From Chloroflexota bacterium (GTDB taxonomy: Bacteria; Chloroflexota; Dehalococcoidia; JACPQK01): a stretch of 64,000 nt of DNA. The stretch covers positions 2,877-66,876 of the forward strand of contig JACPQM010000023.1 in NCBI GenBank assembly GCA_016190505.1. The letters run 5' to 3'. Position 1 is the first letter of the stretch, and each line of letters begins with the position of its first letter. Position numbers and translations under genes: made by a program. The notes beneath the pieces are model-generated. The model ran no database searches. It had not been told where the DNA came from and worked only from the letters and a program-made list of their open reading frames with translations. Below, in pieces: positions 38,727 through 47,760 of this stretch.

Positions 38727-40595
38727 TCAATGTCGCCCGAACTCGCGCTCGAGCTGCGCCTGGCTCAGGTGAAGCATGATGGGCCGGCCATGGGGACAGG
38801 TGCGTGGGGACTCGCAGGCCTCCAGTTCGCGCAGCAGGCCCCGCATCTCCTGGTCGCCCAGGGACTGACCGGCTTTGACCGCGCCATGGCAGGCCAGGGA
38901 TATGGCGATGGCGTCGGCCCAATCGCCAGGGGAACCTGCCTTGAGGGTGTCCAGGAGGTCTGGGAGCACCCGGGCGACGTCTTTGCCCGCCAGGACAGCG
39001 GGCACCGACCGCACCAGGTACGTTCGGTCGCCGAAGTGCTCGATGTCGAAGCCATAGGCGGCCAGGGCCGCCCGCTGCTCTTCGAGTCCCGAATCTCGGG
39101 AATGGGGCGATAGCTCCACAGTGGCTGGCTGGAGCATGCCCTGGACCTGGGGCTGCCGGCGCTTCTGCTGTGACCGGAGCTGCTCGTAGAGCACGCGCTC
39201 GTGGGCGGCGTGCTGGTCCACCAGGTACACTCCGTCCGGCCCTTCGGCCACGATGTAGGTGCTGGCAATCTGGCCCATGACCCGGAGCACAGGCAGCCGG
39301 GCCGTGACTGCGGGTGCCGGCGAGGCCGCAGCCGGGGGGCCGCTAGCGGCGCCTGGTGGGGCTGGAACGGGCGCCTGTGGCGAGCGCCAGTATTGGGGGG
39401 CCAGGGCGTCGGGCAACATGCCCTGAGTGGGCTGGGCATGCAGTGCCAGCGGCGGAGGCGGCGCCCAGGGCCTGCCTTGGCCGGGGTCCAGTCCTGATCG
39501 GTCGGCTCGGTCCCATCCGTCGGGTCCGTCCGATCGGTGGTGAGGGGGGGACTCAAACGGCGGCGGCACCCGCAGGCTGGGCACCGGCGCATGGCGATTG
39601 AGGGTGGCCGCCACCGCCTCTTTGACCGCAACGAACACGGCCGACTCCAGGCGGAAGCGCACCTCGCGCTTGGCGGGGTGGACGTTAACGTCCACCTCTG
39701 CTGGTGGGAGGGCCAGGTGCAGGATGGCGATGGGGTGGCGCCCCACCATCAGGTGTGTCCGGTAGGCCTCGGCGACGGCCGCGCGCAGGCTGCCGCTGTG
39801 CACCCAGCGCCGGTTGACGAAGGTGCTGATGTGCGCGGGGCTGGCCCGGCTCAGTGAGGGCGGGCTGACCAGCCCCCACAGCCGGGGCCGGGCCGTGGGC
39901 ACCTCGCCCTCCTGCGTTACACTGTCTACTTCGAGCAAGGCGCCCGCAACCTCCGCCGAATAGACCGCGGCGGCCACCTCGCGGAGCTGTCCACTGCCCG
40001 GCGAACGGAACGCCTCGCGGCCATCGAGCAGCAGGACGAAGGCCACCTCGGGGAAGGCCAGGGCGTACTGGTGGACCAGGCTAGAGATGTGGCCGCCCTC
40101 GGTGGCCGCCGAGCGCAGGAACTTGAGCCGGGCGGGCAAATGGTGGAAAAGCTGGCGCACCGTCACCGTGGTGCCCACGGGGCAGGCAGCCTTGCCTTTC
40201 TGGATCGTGGCCCCACCCTGGATCTGCACCTGGTAGCCGGCCATCTCGTTGGCGGTGCGGGTCACCAGCCGGACCTCGGCCACGGCGGCGATGGAAGGCA
40301 GCGCCTCGCCCCGGAAGCCCAGGGTGACGATGGCCTCCAGGTCCCTGTCAGACGAAAGCTTGCTGGTGGCATGGCGGTGGAAGGCCAGCTCAACCTCGTG
40401 GGAGGGGATGCCGCCGCCGTCGTCGGTGATGCGGATAAGCTGGAGGCCACCGCCCCGTGCCTCGATGGTGATGTGATGGGTGCCGGCATCCAGGGAGTTC
40501 TCCAGCAGCTCCTTGACCACCGAGGCTGGGCGCTCCACCACCTCGCCGGCGGCGATCTTGGCGGCCACCTCAGGCGTCAGCACCTGTATAGGCAT
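38727..40595 (-). CDS. mutL: DNA mismatch repair protein MutL
   Basis: IAAGEVVERPASVVKEL, GFRGEAL, DVNVHP, DQHAAHER, CPHGRP. Confidence 0.98.
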   Translation of the reverse strand: MPIQVLTPEVAAKIAAGEVVERPASVVKELLENSLDAGTHHITIEARGGGLQLIRITDDGGGIPSHEVELAFHRHATSKLSSDRDLEAIVTLGFRGEALPSIAAVAEVRLVTRTANEMAGYQVQIQGGATIQKGKAACPVGTTVTVRQLFHHLPARLKFLRSAATEGGHISSLVHQYALAFPEVAFVLLLDGREAFRSPGSGQLREVAAAVYSAEVAGALLEVDSVTQEGEVPTARPRLWGLVSPPSLSRASPAHISTFVNRRWVHSGSLRAAVAEAYRTHLMVGRHPIAILHLALPPAEVDVNVHPAKREVRFRLESAVFVAVKEAVAATLNRHAPVPSLRVPPPFESPPHHRSDGPDGWDRADRSGLDPGQGRPWAPPPPLALHAQPTQGMLPDALAPQYWRSPQAPVPAPPGAASGPPAAASPAPAVTARLPVLRVMGQIASTYIVAEGPDGVYLVDQHAAHERVLYEQLRSQQKRRQPQVQGMLQPATVELSPHSRDSGLEEQRAALAAYGFDIEHFGDRTYLVRSVPAVLAGKDVARVLPDLLDTLKAGSPGDWADAIAISLACHGAVKAGQSLGDQEMRGLLRELEACESPRTCPHGRPIMLHLSQAQLEREFGRH

Positions 40596-40627
40596 GCCTT
40601 CAGTTTACGCGACAGGGGGTATCTCCG

Positions 40628-41093
40628 GTAGGGGCAAGGCGCGCCATGCCCCTACGTTTGCCTGCCCACATGCGCCTTACCTCAGAGGGAATGGGTTCAG
40701 CCTGCAAACCGGGACCCACACCGGGGGCCGTAGGGGCAAGGCGTTGCCTTGCCCCACGTTTGTTCGACCCCACACGGCTTATCCTTGAAAAATGGGTCCA
40801 GGTTACAAACCCAATGCGCGTGATAGGCCGGTTGGCGGTGCACAGCGCGGGGGCAAGGCGCGCCATGCCCCTACGTTTGCCTGCCCATATCGCCTTACCC
40901 CAGAGGGAATGGGTTCAGCCTGCAAACCGGGACCCACACCGGGGGCCGTAGGGGCAAGGCGTTGCCTTGCCCCACGTTTGTTCGACCCCACACGGCTTAT
41001 CCTTGAAAAATGGGTCCAGGTTACAGACCCGAAGCCGCGTGATAGGCCGGTTGGCGGTGCACAGCGCGGGGGCATGGCGCGCCATGCCCCTAC
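40628..41093. repeat. Tandem duplication of an ~219-bp REP-containing unit (BIME-like)
   Basis: Unit restarts at about 40631, 40850 and 41069; two REP palindromes per unit. Confidence 0.9.
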
Positions 41094-41138
41094 CCATATA
41101 CAGCTTATCGTTGAAGAATCAGGCCAGTGGGTGGTGCA

Positions 41139-41582
41139 TTACCGGCGGCAGGGGATGGCCTCCAGGCGGGCGATGTAGTCCGGCGGCAGGCCGCGGGCGC
41201 GGGCGCCCCGCAGGATGCGCTCCATATAGTCCTTGCTGGGCAGGAACTTGCCTGTCCTGTGGGCGAAATAGACGACCGCCTGGTACTTGGTCCCGTCCTG
41301 GGCCACCACCTCGACCTCGCCCCGGCGGTAGGCGTAGGGCACGCCCTCCCACTTGTCCAATGCCGACAGGCCGGCCTCGTCCACCTCGTACAGGGCGCCC
41401 CAGACGGCGTCCTCCGGCGCCTCGACCATGTCGGCGGAGCCGCCCCTGCGCTGGGTGGAGTAGCGAGTGAAGGCCAAAGTGTAACCCTGGGCGGCGGCGG
41501 GGCGCAAGAACTTCGCCCCGGGACACCGCCGCCGCATCTGCACCGGGTCCATGTTAGAGGCGTAGGCAAAGTAGAGGGGCAT
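41139..41582 (-). CDS. Gamma-glutamylcyclotransferase family protein
   Basis: YFAYASNM, VWGALY, LDKWEG..Y, PS..Y. Confidence 0.88.
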   Translation of the reverse strand: MPLYFAYASNMDPVQMRRRCPGAKFLRPAAAQGYTLAFTRYSTQRRGGSADMVEAPEDAVWGALYEVDEAGLSALDKWEGVPYAYRRGEVEVVAQDGTKYQAVVYFAHRTGKFLPSKDYMERILRGARARGLPPDYIARLEAIPCRR

Positions 41583-41614
41583 ATCACCTCGATCCGCAGA
41601 TTCCACTGGGGTAC

Positions 41615-41745
41615 GGATTGCTTCGCTGCGCTCGCAATGACCTACTATGTGTCGTTGCGAGGCCCCACAGGGCCGAAGCAACCCGTACCCCTGGCCGTGA
41701 GTGGAGAGAACGGGTTGCTTCGCCCGCCTCGGGCTGGCTCGCAAA
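41615..41745. repeat. GTCATTGCGAG-type REP-like cluster
   Basis: gattgcttcgctgcgctcgcaatgac and related units. Confidence 0.7.
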
Positions 41746-41798
41746 GACAAAACACTCCTCATCAACCTTCAATAACAACCGTTGGATGTCATTCTGGT

Positions 41799-41876
41799 TG
41801 CCTGGAGCTCATACAGCTTGGTGAGGGCTTCCAGCGGGGTCATGGCGTCTACCTCCAGGTGGGCCAATTCCTCTAC
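41799..41876 (-). pseudogene. mutS 3'-end remnant (copy C)
   Basis: Translates VEELAHLEVDAMTPLEALTKLYELQA versus LEELSRLELDALTPLEALTKLYELQA in intact MutS. Confidence 0.9.
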
Positions 41877-41889
41877 ATTTGACAGGAGT

Positions 41890-42579
41890 CTACTGTGCTG
41901 GGAAGAGGCCAAGCTCTACAGCCAGGTCGTAGACCGTCACCGATAAGCCGGATACATTGGCGCCTATGCGATAGGCTGTATCGTCAAAGCTCCGGGCGCT
42001 GAATACCCATCGCAGTTTTTGCCAGGTCAAAGACTCGTCGAGAGATTGCGGCCCCGGGTAGCCAGTCTTGACCACATGGACCGCTGGAGCGCCCCGGAAG
42101 GTGGCATTGGCCGTACCCAAGGCGTCTTTCGCATCCTGCTCCGAGCCGTATCGCTCAATGGACAGCGACCTGGAATGGCCAGCCGCAGTCATAATGTTGG
42201 CAGAAACACCGTTGGCGACGCATCTCAAGTCACGTTGTAGGAACAGTGTGTCGGCTAGCTCCGGCATAGCACGCAACACGATCCTGCTCTCAACCTCGAA
42301 GCTGGGGCAGGGCTGTAGAGGAGTGGCAGCCGGCGTGGAAGTGGGCGTAGGCTTAGGAGTAGGCGTAGGGGTCGGCTTGGGTGTAGGCGTTGGTGTGGGC
42401 ACAGGCGTGGGAGTAGGTGGGGGTACTGGCGTAGCAGCAGGTAGCGACGTGGGACTTGGCGGTGGGACTGGCGTATCAGTGGGCACGCCCGTCGGGGTAG
42501 CTGGGGGCTGACAAGCCCCGAGCACAGCCGCTAGTCCGAGCAACGTACACACCAGGATGCCATTGTGGTTCTTGAGCAT
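41890..42579 (-). CDS. Putative lipoprotein with Pro/Thr-rich linker
   Basis: Signal peptide with LGAC lipobox, then (PT)n repeats. Confidence 0.8.
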   Translation of the reverse strand: MLKNHNGILVCTLLGLAAVLGACQPPATPTGVPTDTPVPPPSPTSLPAATPVPPPTPTPVPTPTPTPKPTPTPTPKPTPTSTPAATPLQPCPSFEVESRIVLRAMPELADTLFLQRDLRCVANGVSANIMTAAGHSRSLSIERYGSEQDAKDALGTANATFRGAPAVHVVKTGYPGPQSLDESLTWQKLRWVFSARSFDDTAYRIGANVSGLSVTVYDLAVELGLFPAQ

Positions 42580-42580
42580 C

Positions 42581-42649
42581 TTAGCCCCCTTTCGCCCTCG
42601 CCTGTAGCTCGTACAGCTTGGTGAGGGCCTCCAGCGGGGTCATGGCGTC
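42581..42649 (-). pseudogene. mutS 3'-end remnant (copy B)
   Basis: 42590-42649 matches 43107-43166 at 56/60 nt; reads DAMTPLEALTKLYELQARAKGG*. Confidence 0.92.
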
Positions 42650-42885
42650 GGAGTGGAGGTGGGACAGCTACGCCGCCGCTCGTACTCCTCACAGGTCACC
42701 GTGCCCTCTGTGTCGGCCAGGGCCTTTGTGCCCTCTTGGACGTCCTCGGCGTCTTCCAGCACTTCCAGGGCGGCATCTCGGATGACCCTGGCCATGGACG
42801 TGTGTCGCTCGTAGGCCAGGCGGCGCAGGCGTTCGTGTTGATCTGCGGTCAGGAAGGTGGTGGCGCGCCTGAAGTTTGTGGCCAT
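42640..42885 (-). CDS. RHH/CopG-like putative antitoxin (orphan, runs into mutS remnant)
   Basis: RRATTFLT..HERLRRLA..LEDAED; homologous to 46685-46885. Confidence 0.65.
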   Translation of the reverse strand: MATNFRRATTFLTADQHERLRRLAYERHTSMARVIRDAALEVLEDAEDVQEGTKALADTEGTVTCEEYERRRSCPTSTPTP

Positions 42886-42953
42886 TACATCTCACCTTGG
42901 TCGCAGGATAGCATATATATGTTACCATGCCTCGGAGGGGACGCTTTCCTCCT

Positions 42954-43057
42954 GTCATTCTGAGTCCCGACGCATCGGGACGAAGAATCCGTAGCCCTTG
43001 GTTCTGCAAAACGCCGAGATACGGATTCTTCGGTCGCTGCGCTCCCTCAGAATGACA
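42954..43057. repeat. GTCATTCTGAG...CTCAGAATGAC REP doublet
   Basis: Terminal inverted repeat; left arm shared with 20347. Confidence 0.8.
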
Positions 43058-43097
43058 TGGAATATCGCCTTTTCTGCTCAATAGGCACAAGGTGCGC

Positions 43098-45818
43098 CTA
43101 GGGCTGTTTCGCCCTCGCCTGTAGCTCATAGAGCTTGGTGAGGGCTTCCAGCGGGGTCAGGGCGTCCAGCTCCAGGCGGGAGAGCTCTTCCAGCAGCTCG
43201 TGGTGGGGAGGGAACAGTGGCAACTGGGGCGGGCGCTCGCGGCGACGGGTCCGACTAGGGCCGGACTGGTCGCGGCTGGCCTCTAGCTCGGAGAGGATCT
43301 CCTCGGCCCGCTGGACCACGGGCCGGGGCAGGCCGGCCAGCCGAGCAACGTGGATGCCGTAGGACCTGTCGGCGCCGCCTGGTATCACCTGGCGCAGGAA
43401 CACCACCTGGCCCCCCTCGTCGCTCACCGCCATCTGCAGGTTCCGCACCCGCGGCAGGTAGCGGGCCAGCTCGGTAAGCTCGTGGTAGTGGGTGGCGAAC
43501 ACCGTGCGCGCCCCCAGGCGGGGGTGGTTGTGGATGAACTCGGCCACGGCGCGGGCAATGGAGATGCCATCGTAGGTGGAGGTGCCCCGGCCAATCTCGT
43601 CCAGCACCAGCAGCGAGCGCGGGGTGGCCTGGTTCAGGATGGCGGCGGTCTCCATCATCTCCACCAGGAACGTGGAGCGGCCCAGGGCGAGGTCGTCGCG
43701 GGCGCCCACCCGGGTGAAGATGCGGTCCACCAGGCCGATGCTGGCCGCACGGGCGGGGACGAAGCTGCCTACCTGGGCCATGAGCACCATGAGGGCCACC
43801 TGGCGCAGGTAGGTGCTCTTGCCCGACATGTTGGGCCCGGTGAGCACCAGGAGCTGCGCATCCCGGCAGGCGAGGTGGACGTCGTTGGGGACGAAGGGGT
43901 CGCTGGTGCTCCGTTCCACCACGGGGTGGCGCCCGACCTCGATGGTCAGGGTGTCGCCCTCGTTCAGCTCGGGGCGGATGTAGCCGTAGCGGGCCGCTGC
44001 CTCAGCCAGGGCGGAGAGCACGTCGAGTTGGGCGATGGCCGACGCCGTGGCCAGCAGCTCGGCGCCAGCCGCCCCGACCTGGGCGCACACCTGGCGGAAC
44101 AGGCTGGCCTCCAGGTCGCTCATGCGCTCCTGGGCGGTGAGCACCAGGGACTCGTACTCCTTCAGCTCGGGGGTGTAGAAGCGCTCCGCCCCCACCAGCG
44201 TCTGTTTGCGGATGTAGTGGGCGGGCACGCGCTCCAAATGGGCGTTGGTCACCTCGATGTAGTAGCCGAAGACCTTGTTGTAGCCCACCTTGAGGGAGCG
44301 GATGCCGGTGCGCTCCCGCTCCACGCTCTCCAGGTTGGCCAGGTAGTCGCGGGCGCCCCGGGAGGACGAGCGTAGCTCGTCCAACTCCGGGGAGAAGCCC
44401 TCCCGGATCAGGCCGCCCTCGGTGGCTGTCGGTGGAGGGTCGTCCACGATGGCCTTCTCCACAAGCTCGGCTAGCTCGGTGTGAGGTCGCAGGAGCGCTA
44501 GCAGGGGGGCCAGAGGCTGTCCCGGACCTGCTGCCGGGGCTGCAGTGTGGACCTCACCCTCACCCTGCCCTCTCCCATCGAGGGAGAGGGGAACCCCTCT
44601 CTCCCCTGGAGGGAGAGAGTTGGAGAGAGGGGGAGGTTCGCTGCCCAACACGCGTTCTGTCCCCACCCCACGCGCTGCATCCGCCGGGGCCAGTGCCTCG
44701 CGCAGGCGGGGGATGGCCTCCAGGGTGCGCCGCAGCGCGAGCAGCTCTCGGGGCGATACCATCCCGACTTGTCGGGACCGGATTCGGTTGACCAGCCGCT
44801 CCAGGTCGGCCAGCGGGCCCAGGATGGAGGCGGCCTGTGCCCGCTCCAGGGAGTGGGCATGGAGCCAGGCCACGGCGTCCAGCCGGGCATTGAGCTGGGC
44901 CAGGTCCAGCAGAGGTTGCCCGAGCCAACGCTTGAGCAACCGTCCGCCCATTGCGGTGCGGGTGAGGTCCAGGACGTGCAGTAGCGAGTGTCCCGACTTG
45001 TCGGGACCTTCGGGGAAGACGTCCAGGTTGTGCCGGGTCTGGGCGTCCAGCAGCATGTACTGCCCCGTGGAGTAGGTGGCCAGCCCGGTGAGCTGGCTGA
45101 GGGCGCCCTTCTGGGTCTCTTCCAGGTAGTGGAGGATGGCCCCCGCCGCGCAGACCGCCAGGGGCAATCCCTGGCAGCCGAAGCTGTCCAGGGAAGCGAC
45201 CTGGAATTGCCGCAGCAGCCGCTCCTGGGCGGCATCTGGCTCGAAGGCCGGCGCGGGAAGGGGGGTGACGATGGCTGAGGTCTGGGGCGGCTCCCCTCCG
45301 AAAGGTGTGAGCACCTCGGCGGGGTGCAGCCGATCCAGCTCGGCGGCAAGTTGGGCTACTGGCAACTGCGTGGCGGCGAACTCGCCGGTGGTGATGTCGG
45401 CGTAGGCAACGCCAGCCTGTTCGCCCTCAACCACCACGGCGCAGAGGTAGTTGTTGGACTTCTGCTCCAGCATGGCAGGCTCGACCACGGTGCCCGGCGT
45501 GACCACGCGCACCACGTCGCGCTCCACCAGTCCCCTGCCCGGCTCGGTAAGCTGCTCGCAGAGGGCCACCTTGTAGCCCCTGGCGATGAGCTTGGCCAGG
45601 TAGGAGTCCAGGGCGTGGTAGGGGATCCCCGCCATGGGCACCCTTTGTCCTTTGCCCATCTCGCGGCCGGTGAGGGTGATCTCCAGCTCGCGGGCGGCGA
45701 TGCGGGCGTCCTCCTCGAAGGTCTCGTAGAAGTCGCCCAGCCGGAAAAAGAGGATAGCGTTGGGGTGCTGCTGCTTGACGCGCAGGTACTGGCGGCGGAG
45801 GGGGGTGACGTCGGACAT
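43098..45818 (-). CDS. mutS: DNA mismatch repair protein MutS
   Basis: FFRLGDFYE, GRHPVVE, TGPNMSGKST, DEIGRGTST, ATHYHEL, SYGIHVA. Confidence 0.98.
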   Translation of the reverse strand: MSDVTPLRRQYLRVKQQHPNAILFFRLGDFYETFEEDARIAARELEITLTGREMGKGQRVPMAGIPYHALDSYLAKLIARGYKVALCEQLTEPGRGLVERDVVRVVTPGTVVEPAMLEQKSNNYLCAVVVEGEQAGVAYADITTGEFAATQLPVAQLAAELDRLHPAEVLTPFGGEPPQTSAIVTPLPAPAFEPDAAQERLLRQFQVASLDSFGCQGLPLAVCAAGAILHYLEETQKGALSQLTGLATYSTGQYMLLDAQTRHNLDVFPEGPDKSGHSLLHVLDLTRTAMGGRLLKRWLGQPLLDLAQLNARLDAVAWLHAHSLERAQAASILGPLADLERLVNRIRSRQVGMVSPRELLALRRTLEAIPRLREALAPADAARGVGTERVLGSEPPPLSNSLPPGERGVPLSLDGRGQGEGEVHTAAPAAGPGQPLAPLLALLRPHTELAELVEKAIVDDPPPTATEGGLIREGFSPELDELRSSSRGARDYLANLESVERERTGIRSLKVGYNKVFGYYIEVTNAHLERVPAHYIRKQTLVGAERFYTPELKEYESLVLTAQERMSDLEASLFRQVCAQVGAAGAELLATASAIAQLDVLSALAEAAARYGYIRPELNEGDTLTIEVGRHPVVERSTSDPFVPNDVHLACRDAQLLVLTGPNMSGKSTYLRQVALMVLMAQVGSFVPARAASIGLVDRIFTRVGARDDLALGRSTFLVEMMETAAILNQATPRSLLVLDEIGRGTSTYDGISIARAVAEFIHNHPRLGARTVFATHYHELTELARYLPRVRNLQMAVSDEGGQVVFLRQVIPGGADRSYGIHVARLAGLPRPVVQRAEEILSELEASRDQSGPSRTRRRERPPQLPLFPPHHELLEELSRLELDALTPLEALTKLYELQARAKQP
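44553..44636. repeat. REP-like element lying in frame within mutS
   Basis: ccctcaccctgccctctcccatcgagggagagggg, same family as intergenic 53640 and 54305. Confidence 0.8.
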
Positions 45819-45866
45819 GGGCGGCTTGTGCCTATTCTAGCCCGAGGGGGTCGATGGTGGAAAGGG

Positions 45867-46121
45867 TTAGCGGTAGACCTCACGGCGGTGGCCGACGGCG
45901 GAGACGATGACTAGGCCATTCGCGTCATCCACCGTGTAGAGTAGCCGGTAGTCGCCGAGGCGAAGCCGATACTCCTGTCGCCCCCTCAGCTTCCTGGCAC
46001 CTGAAGGGCGCGGGTTGATTTCCAAGGATAGTATTAGGCGACTAACTCGGGCGTGGGTGGTCGCAGGAAGTCTGTTCATTTCCTTTTGGGCGTCTCGAAG
46101 GATATGGAGAGTATAGGTCAC
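45867..46121 (-). CDS. RelE/ParE family toxin
   Basis: NPRPSGARKLRG..YRLRLGDYRLLY..VGHRREVY. Confidence 0.92.
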   Translation of the reverse strand: MTYTLHILRDAQKEMNRLPATTHARVSRLILSLEINPRPSGARKLRGRQEYRLRLGDYRLLYTVDDANGLVIVSAVGHRREVYR

Positions 46122-46330
46122 CGCCGACTCTGGGCTCTATACTCGTCCAAGTATTCCCGAAATGGCCGGGAAGGCTGGCCCCGCCGCTGCCGGATGAGGG
46201 CAATGTCCAGGATGTCCTCTCGCAGCTTCGGATCATCCAAGAGCCGGGAGATGACGGCGTCCCGCTCCGCTTTAGGCAGGGCTTGCAGCGCCATAAGGAA
46301 CACTTCCGCCTTGGATTCGATGGTGGTCAT
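46118..46330 (-). CDS. Antitoxin partner of the RelE toxin
   Basis: Coupled upstream ORF; LREDILD..PSRPF. Confidence 0.7.
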   Translation of the reverse strand: MTTIESKAEVFLMALQALPKAERDAVISRLLDDPKLREDILDIALIRQRRGQPSRPFREYLDEYRAQSRR

Positions 46331-46352
46331 CAATGCTCCCTCCTTGCCTTCA

Positions 46353-46553
46353 CTACGTCCGCGCTAGGGCCCACTTCTTTTCCAGGCGCGCCTTGACCGG
46401 TTCCCAGGGCTCAGAAGGCTCGTCTCGTCTTTCGGCAATGGTGGCCAAGTCCTCCAAGTCCTCAAGCAGCGCCTGGTACTCACGAAGGGGCAGTAGGACA
46501 GCGGTCCGCCGACCCTTCTGAGTGACGACAAAACGTTTGCGTTCAACAGCCAT
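46353..46553 (-). CDS. Putative antitoxin (orphan)
   Basis: FVV..KGRRTAVLLP..EYQALLEDLEDL..RRDEP..PWE.VK. Confidence 0.75.
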   Translation of the reverse strand: MAVERKRFVVTQKGRRTAVLLPLREYQALLEDLEDLATIAERRDEPSEPWEPVKARLEKKWALART

Positions 46554-46684
46554 AACACGGTCTCCTGTTGAGCCATTGTAGCAGGGACAGGTAGTAGAAA
46601 CTACGGCCTACGTTGCTTGGCTAAGCGCGACGAGTGGGCGGGTCGACAGCATACATATGTTAGTATGGAAAGAGGTGAAGCATT

Positions 46685-46885
46685 ATGGCCACTAATCTGA
46701 AGCGGACCACAGTCTTTCTGACCCCAGAGCTACACGAGCGGCTGCGCCGCCTGGCCTTTGAGAACCGGACGTCAATAGCTGCCCTGATGCGGGAGGCCAC
46801 CCTGGAGTTCCTGGAAGAGGCCGAGGACATCCACCTGGGGGCCAAGGCACAGGCCGAGGAAGAGTACGTCGAGGTCTACCAGTAG
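46685..46885 (+). CDS. RHH/CopG-like putative antitoxin (orphan)
   Basis: MATNLKRTTVFLTPELHERLRRLAFE; SD GAGGTG. Confidence 0.65.
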   Translation: MATNLKRTTVFLTPELHERLRRLAFENRTSIAALMREATLEFLEEAEDIHLGAKAQAEEEYVEVYQ

Positions 46886-46930
46886 CTCAGTAGGGCTATT
46901 ATCCCAGAGGCACCGCTGTCGGTCGGCGGC

Positions 46931-47383
46931 TCACCTGGCCAGGGGTTCCAGGTCGAAGTCCGGGGCAAACGGATTGATGAACCGGACGCCTTCCAACAGC
47001 CGGCCATGCTGAAAGTCCTCGCTCAGGACAGTGGGGACCCGATTCAGCTTGGCGGTGGCCCATATCAGGCCATCCCAGTAGCTCATCTGATAGCGGCCAC
47101 TGGCTTGCGCCGCTTCTCCGACTGTCCAGCCCGATATGCCATACACAACCCATGACCGCAGGAAACGGGCTACGCTCTGTTCGGCCTGTGCCGGCGACAA
47201 GGGCGAAGCGATACGGCACGTGGCTACATGATAGAACTCGCCCAGTACCTGGGTGCTAAGCGCACCGTTGCCAGCCGAGCGGATGCGCTCTAGTACATCC
47301 CGCGCCCGCTGCCGCTTCCTGTGGTCGGCAGTGTCGTAGCGATAGACCAGCACATTAGTGTCGACGAGATAGGCGATCGTCAT
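46931..47383 (-). CDS. PIN-domain (VapC-like) toxin
   Basis: LVDTNVLVY, STQVLGEF, SYWDGLI, LSEDFQHG, INPF. Confidence 0.9.
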   Translation of the reverse strand: MTIAYLVDTNVLVYRYDTADHRKRQRARDVLERIRSAGNGALSTQVLGEFYHVATCRIASPLSPAQAEQSVARFLRSWVVYGISGWTVGEAAQASGRYQMSYWDGLIWATAKLNRVPTVLSEDFQHGRLLEGVRFINPFAPDFDLEPLAR

Positions 47384-47630
47384 AGAGCTCGTCTCGGGTC
47401 CACGTGCGCTGGCCACCCGAGCTGGGCAGCTTGTCCCGCTCTCGCATGAAGGCCAATTCTTCCTCCCAGGCTTGGTGGTCGAGAATAGGTGTTTCGCCGC
47501 GGGCCAGGGCCAGGTCTACTCCCTGGCGGATGAGCTCTGCCTCGGACACCCCTCGCTCCTTGGCCAGCGCCTTGAGCCGCTTCTGTTGCTCTACCTCGAT
47601 ATACACTTGTTTTCTTACCATGCGCGCCAT
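47355..47630 (-). CDS. CopG-like antitoxin
   Basis: MVRKQVYI..LK.LAKERGVSEAELIR..WTRDELY. Confidence 0.85.
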   Translation of the reverse strand: MARMVRKQVYIEVEQQKRLKALAKERGVSEAELIRQGVDLALARGETPILDHQAWEEELAFMRERDKLPSSGGQRTWTRDELYDDRLSRRH

Positions 47631-47760
47631 AGCTTGCTCCCGCGGCGCTCGCAGCCTTGCCGCCGGCATGTCACGGTGACACACACACAACGTGAGGGCA
47701 AGGCAACGCCAGGGCAAGGCAACGCCTTGCCCCTACAGGATATAGGGCGTCGTGTTCTCT

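Noticed and set aside
39495-39540. Short repeat-like stretch in the MutL linker (RSDGPDGWDRADRS)
   Set aside because: It lies in the naturally variable linker and is too degenerate to call an insertion.
40600-41178. Small ORFs across the tandem repeat and other REP clusters (GAWRAMPLR peptides)
   Set aside because: They are translations of palindromic repeats and appear on both strands.
42330-42500. Tandem DNA repeat / VNTR
   Set aside because: Degenerate codons of a Pro-Thr protein linker.
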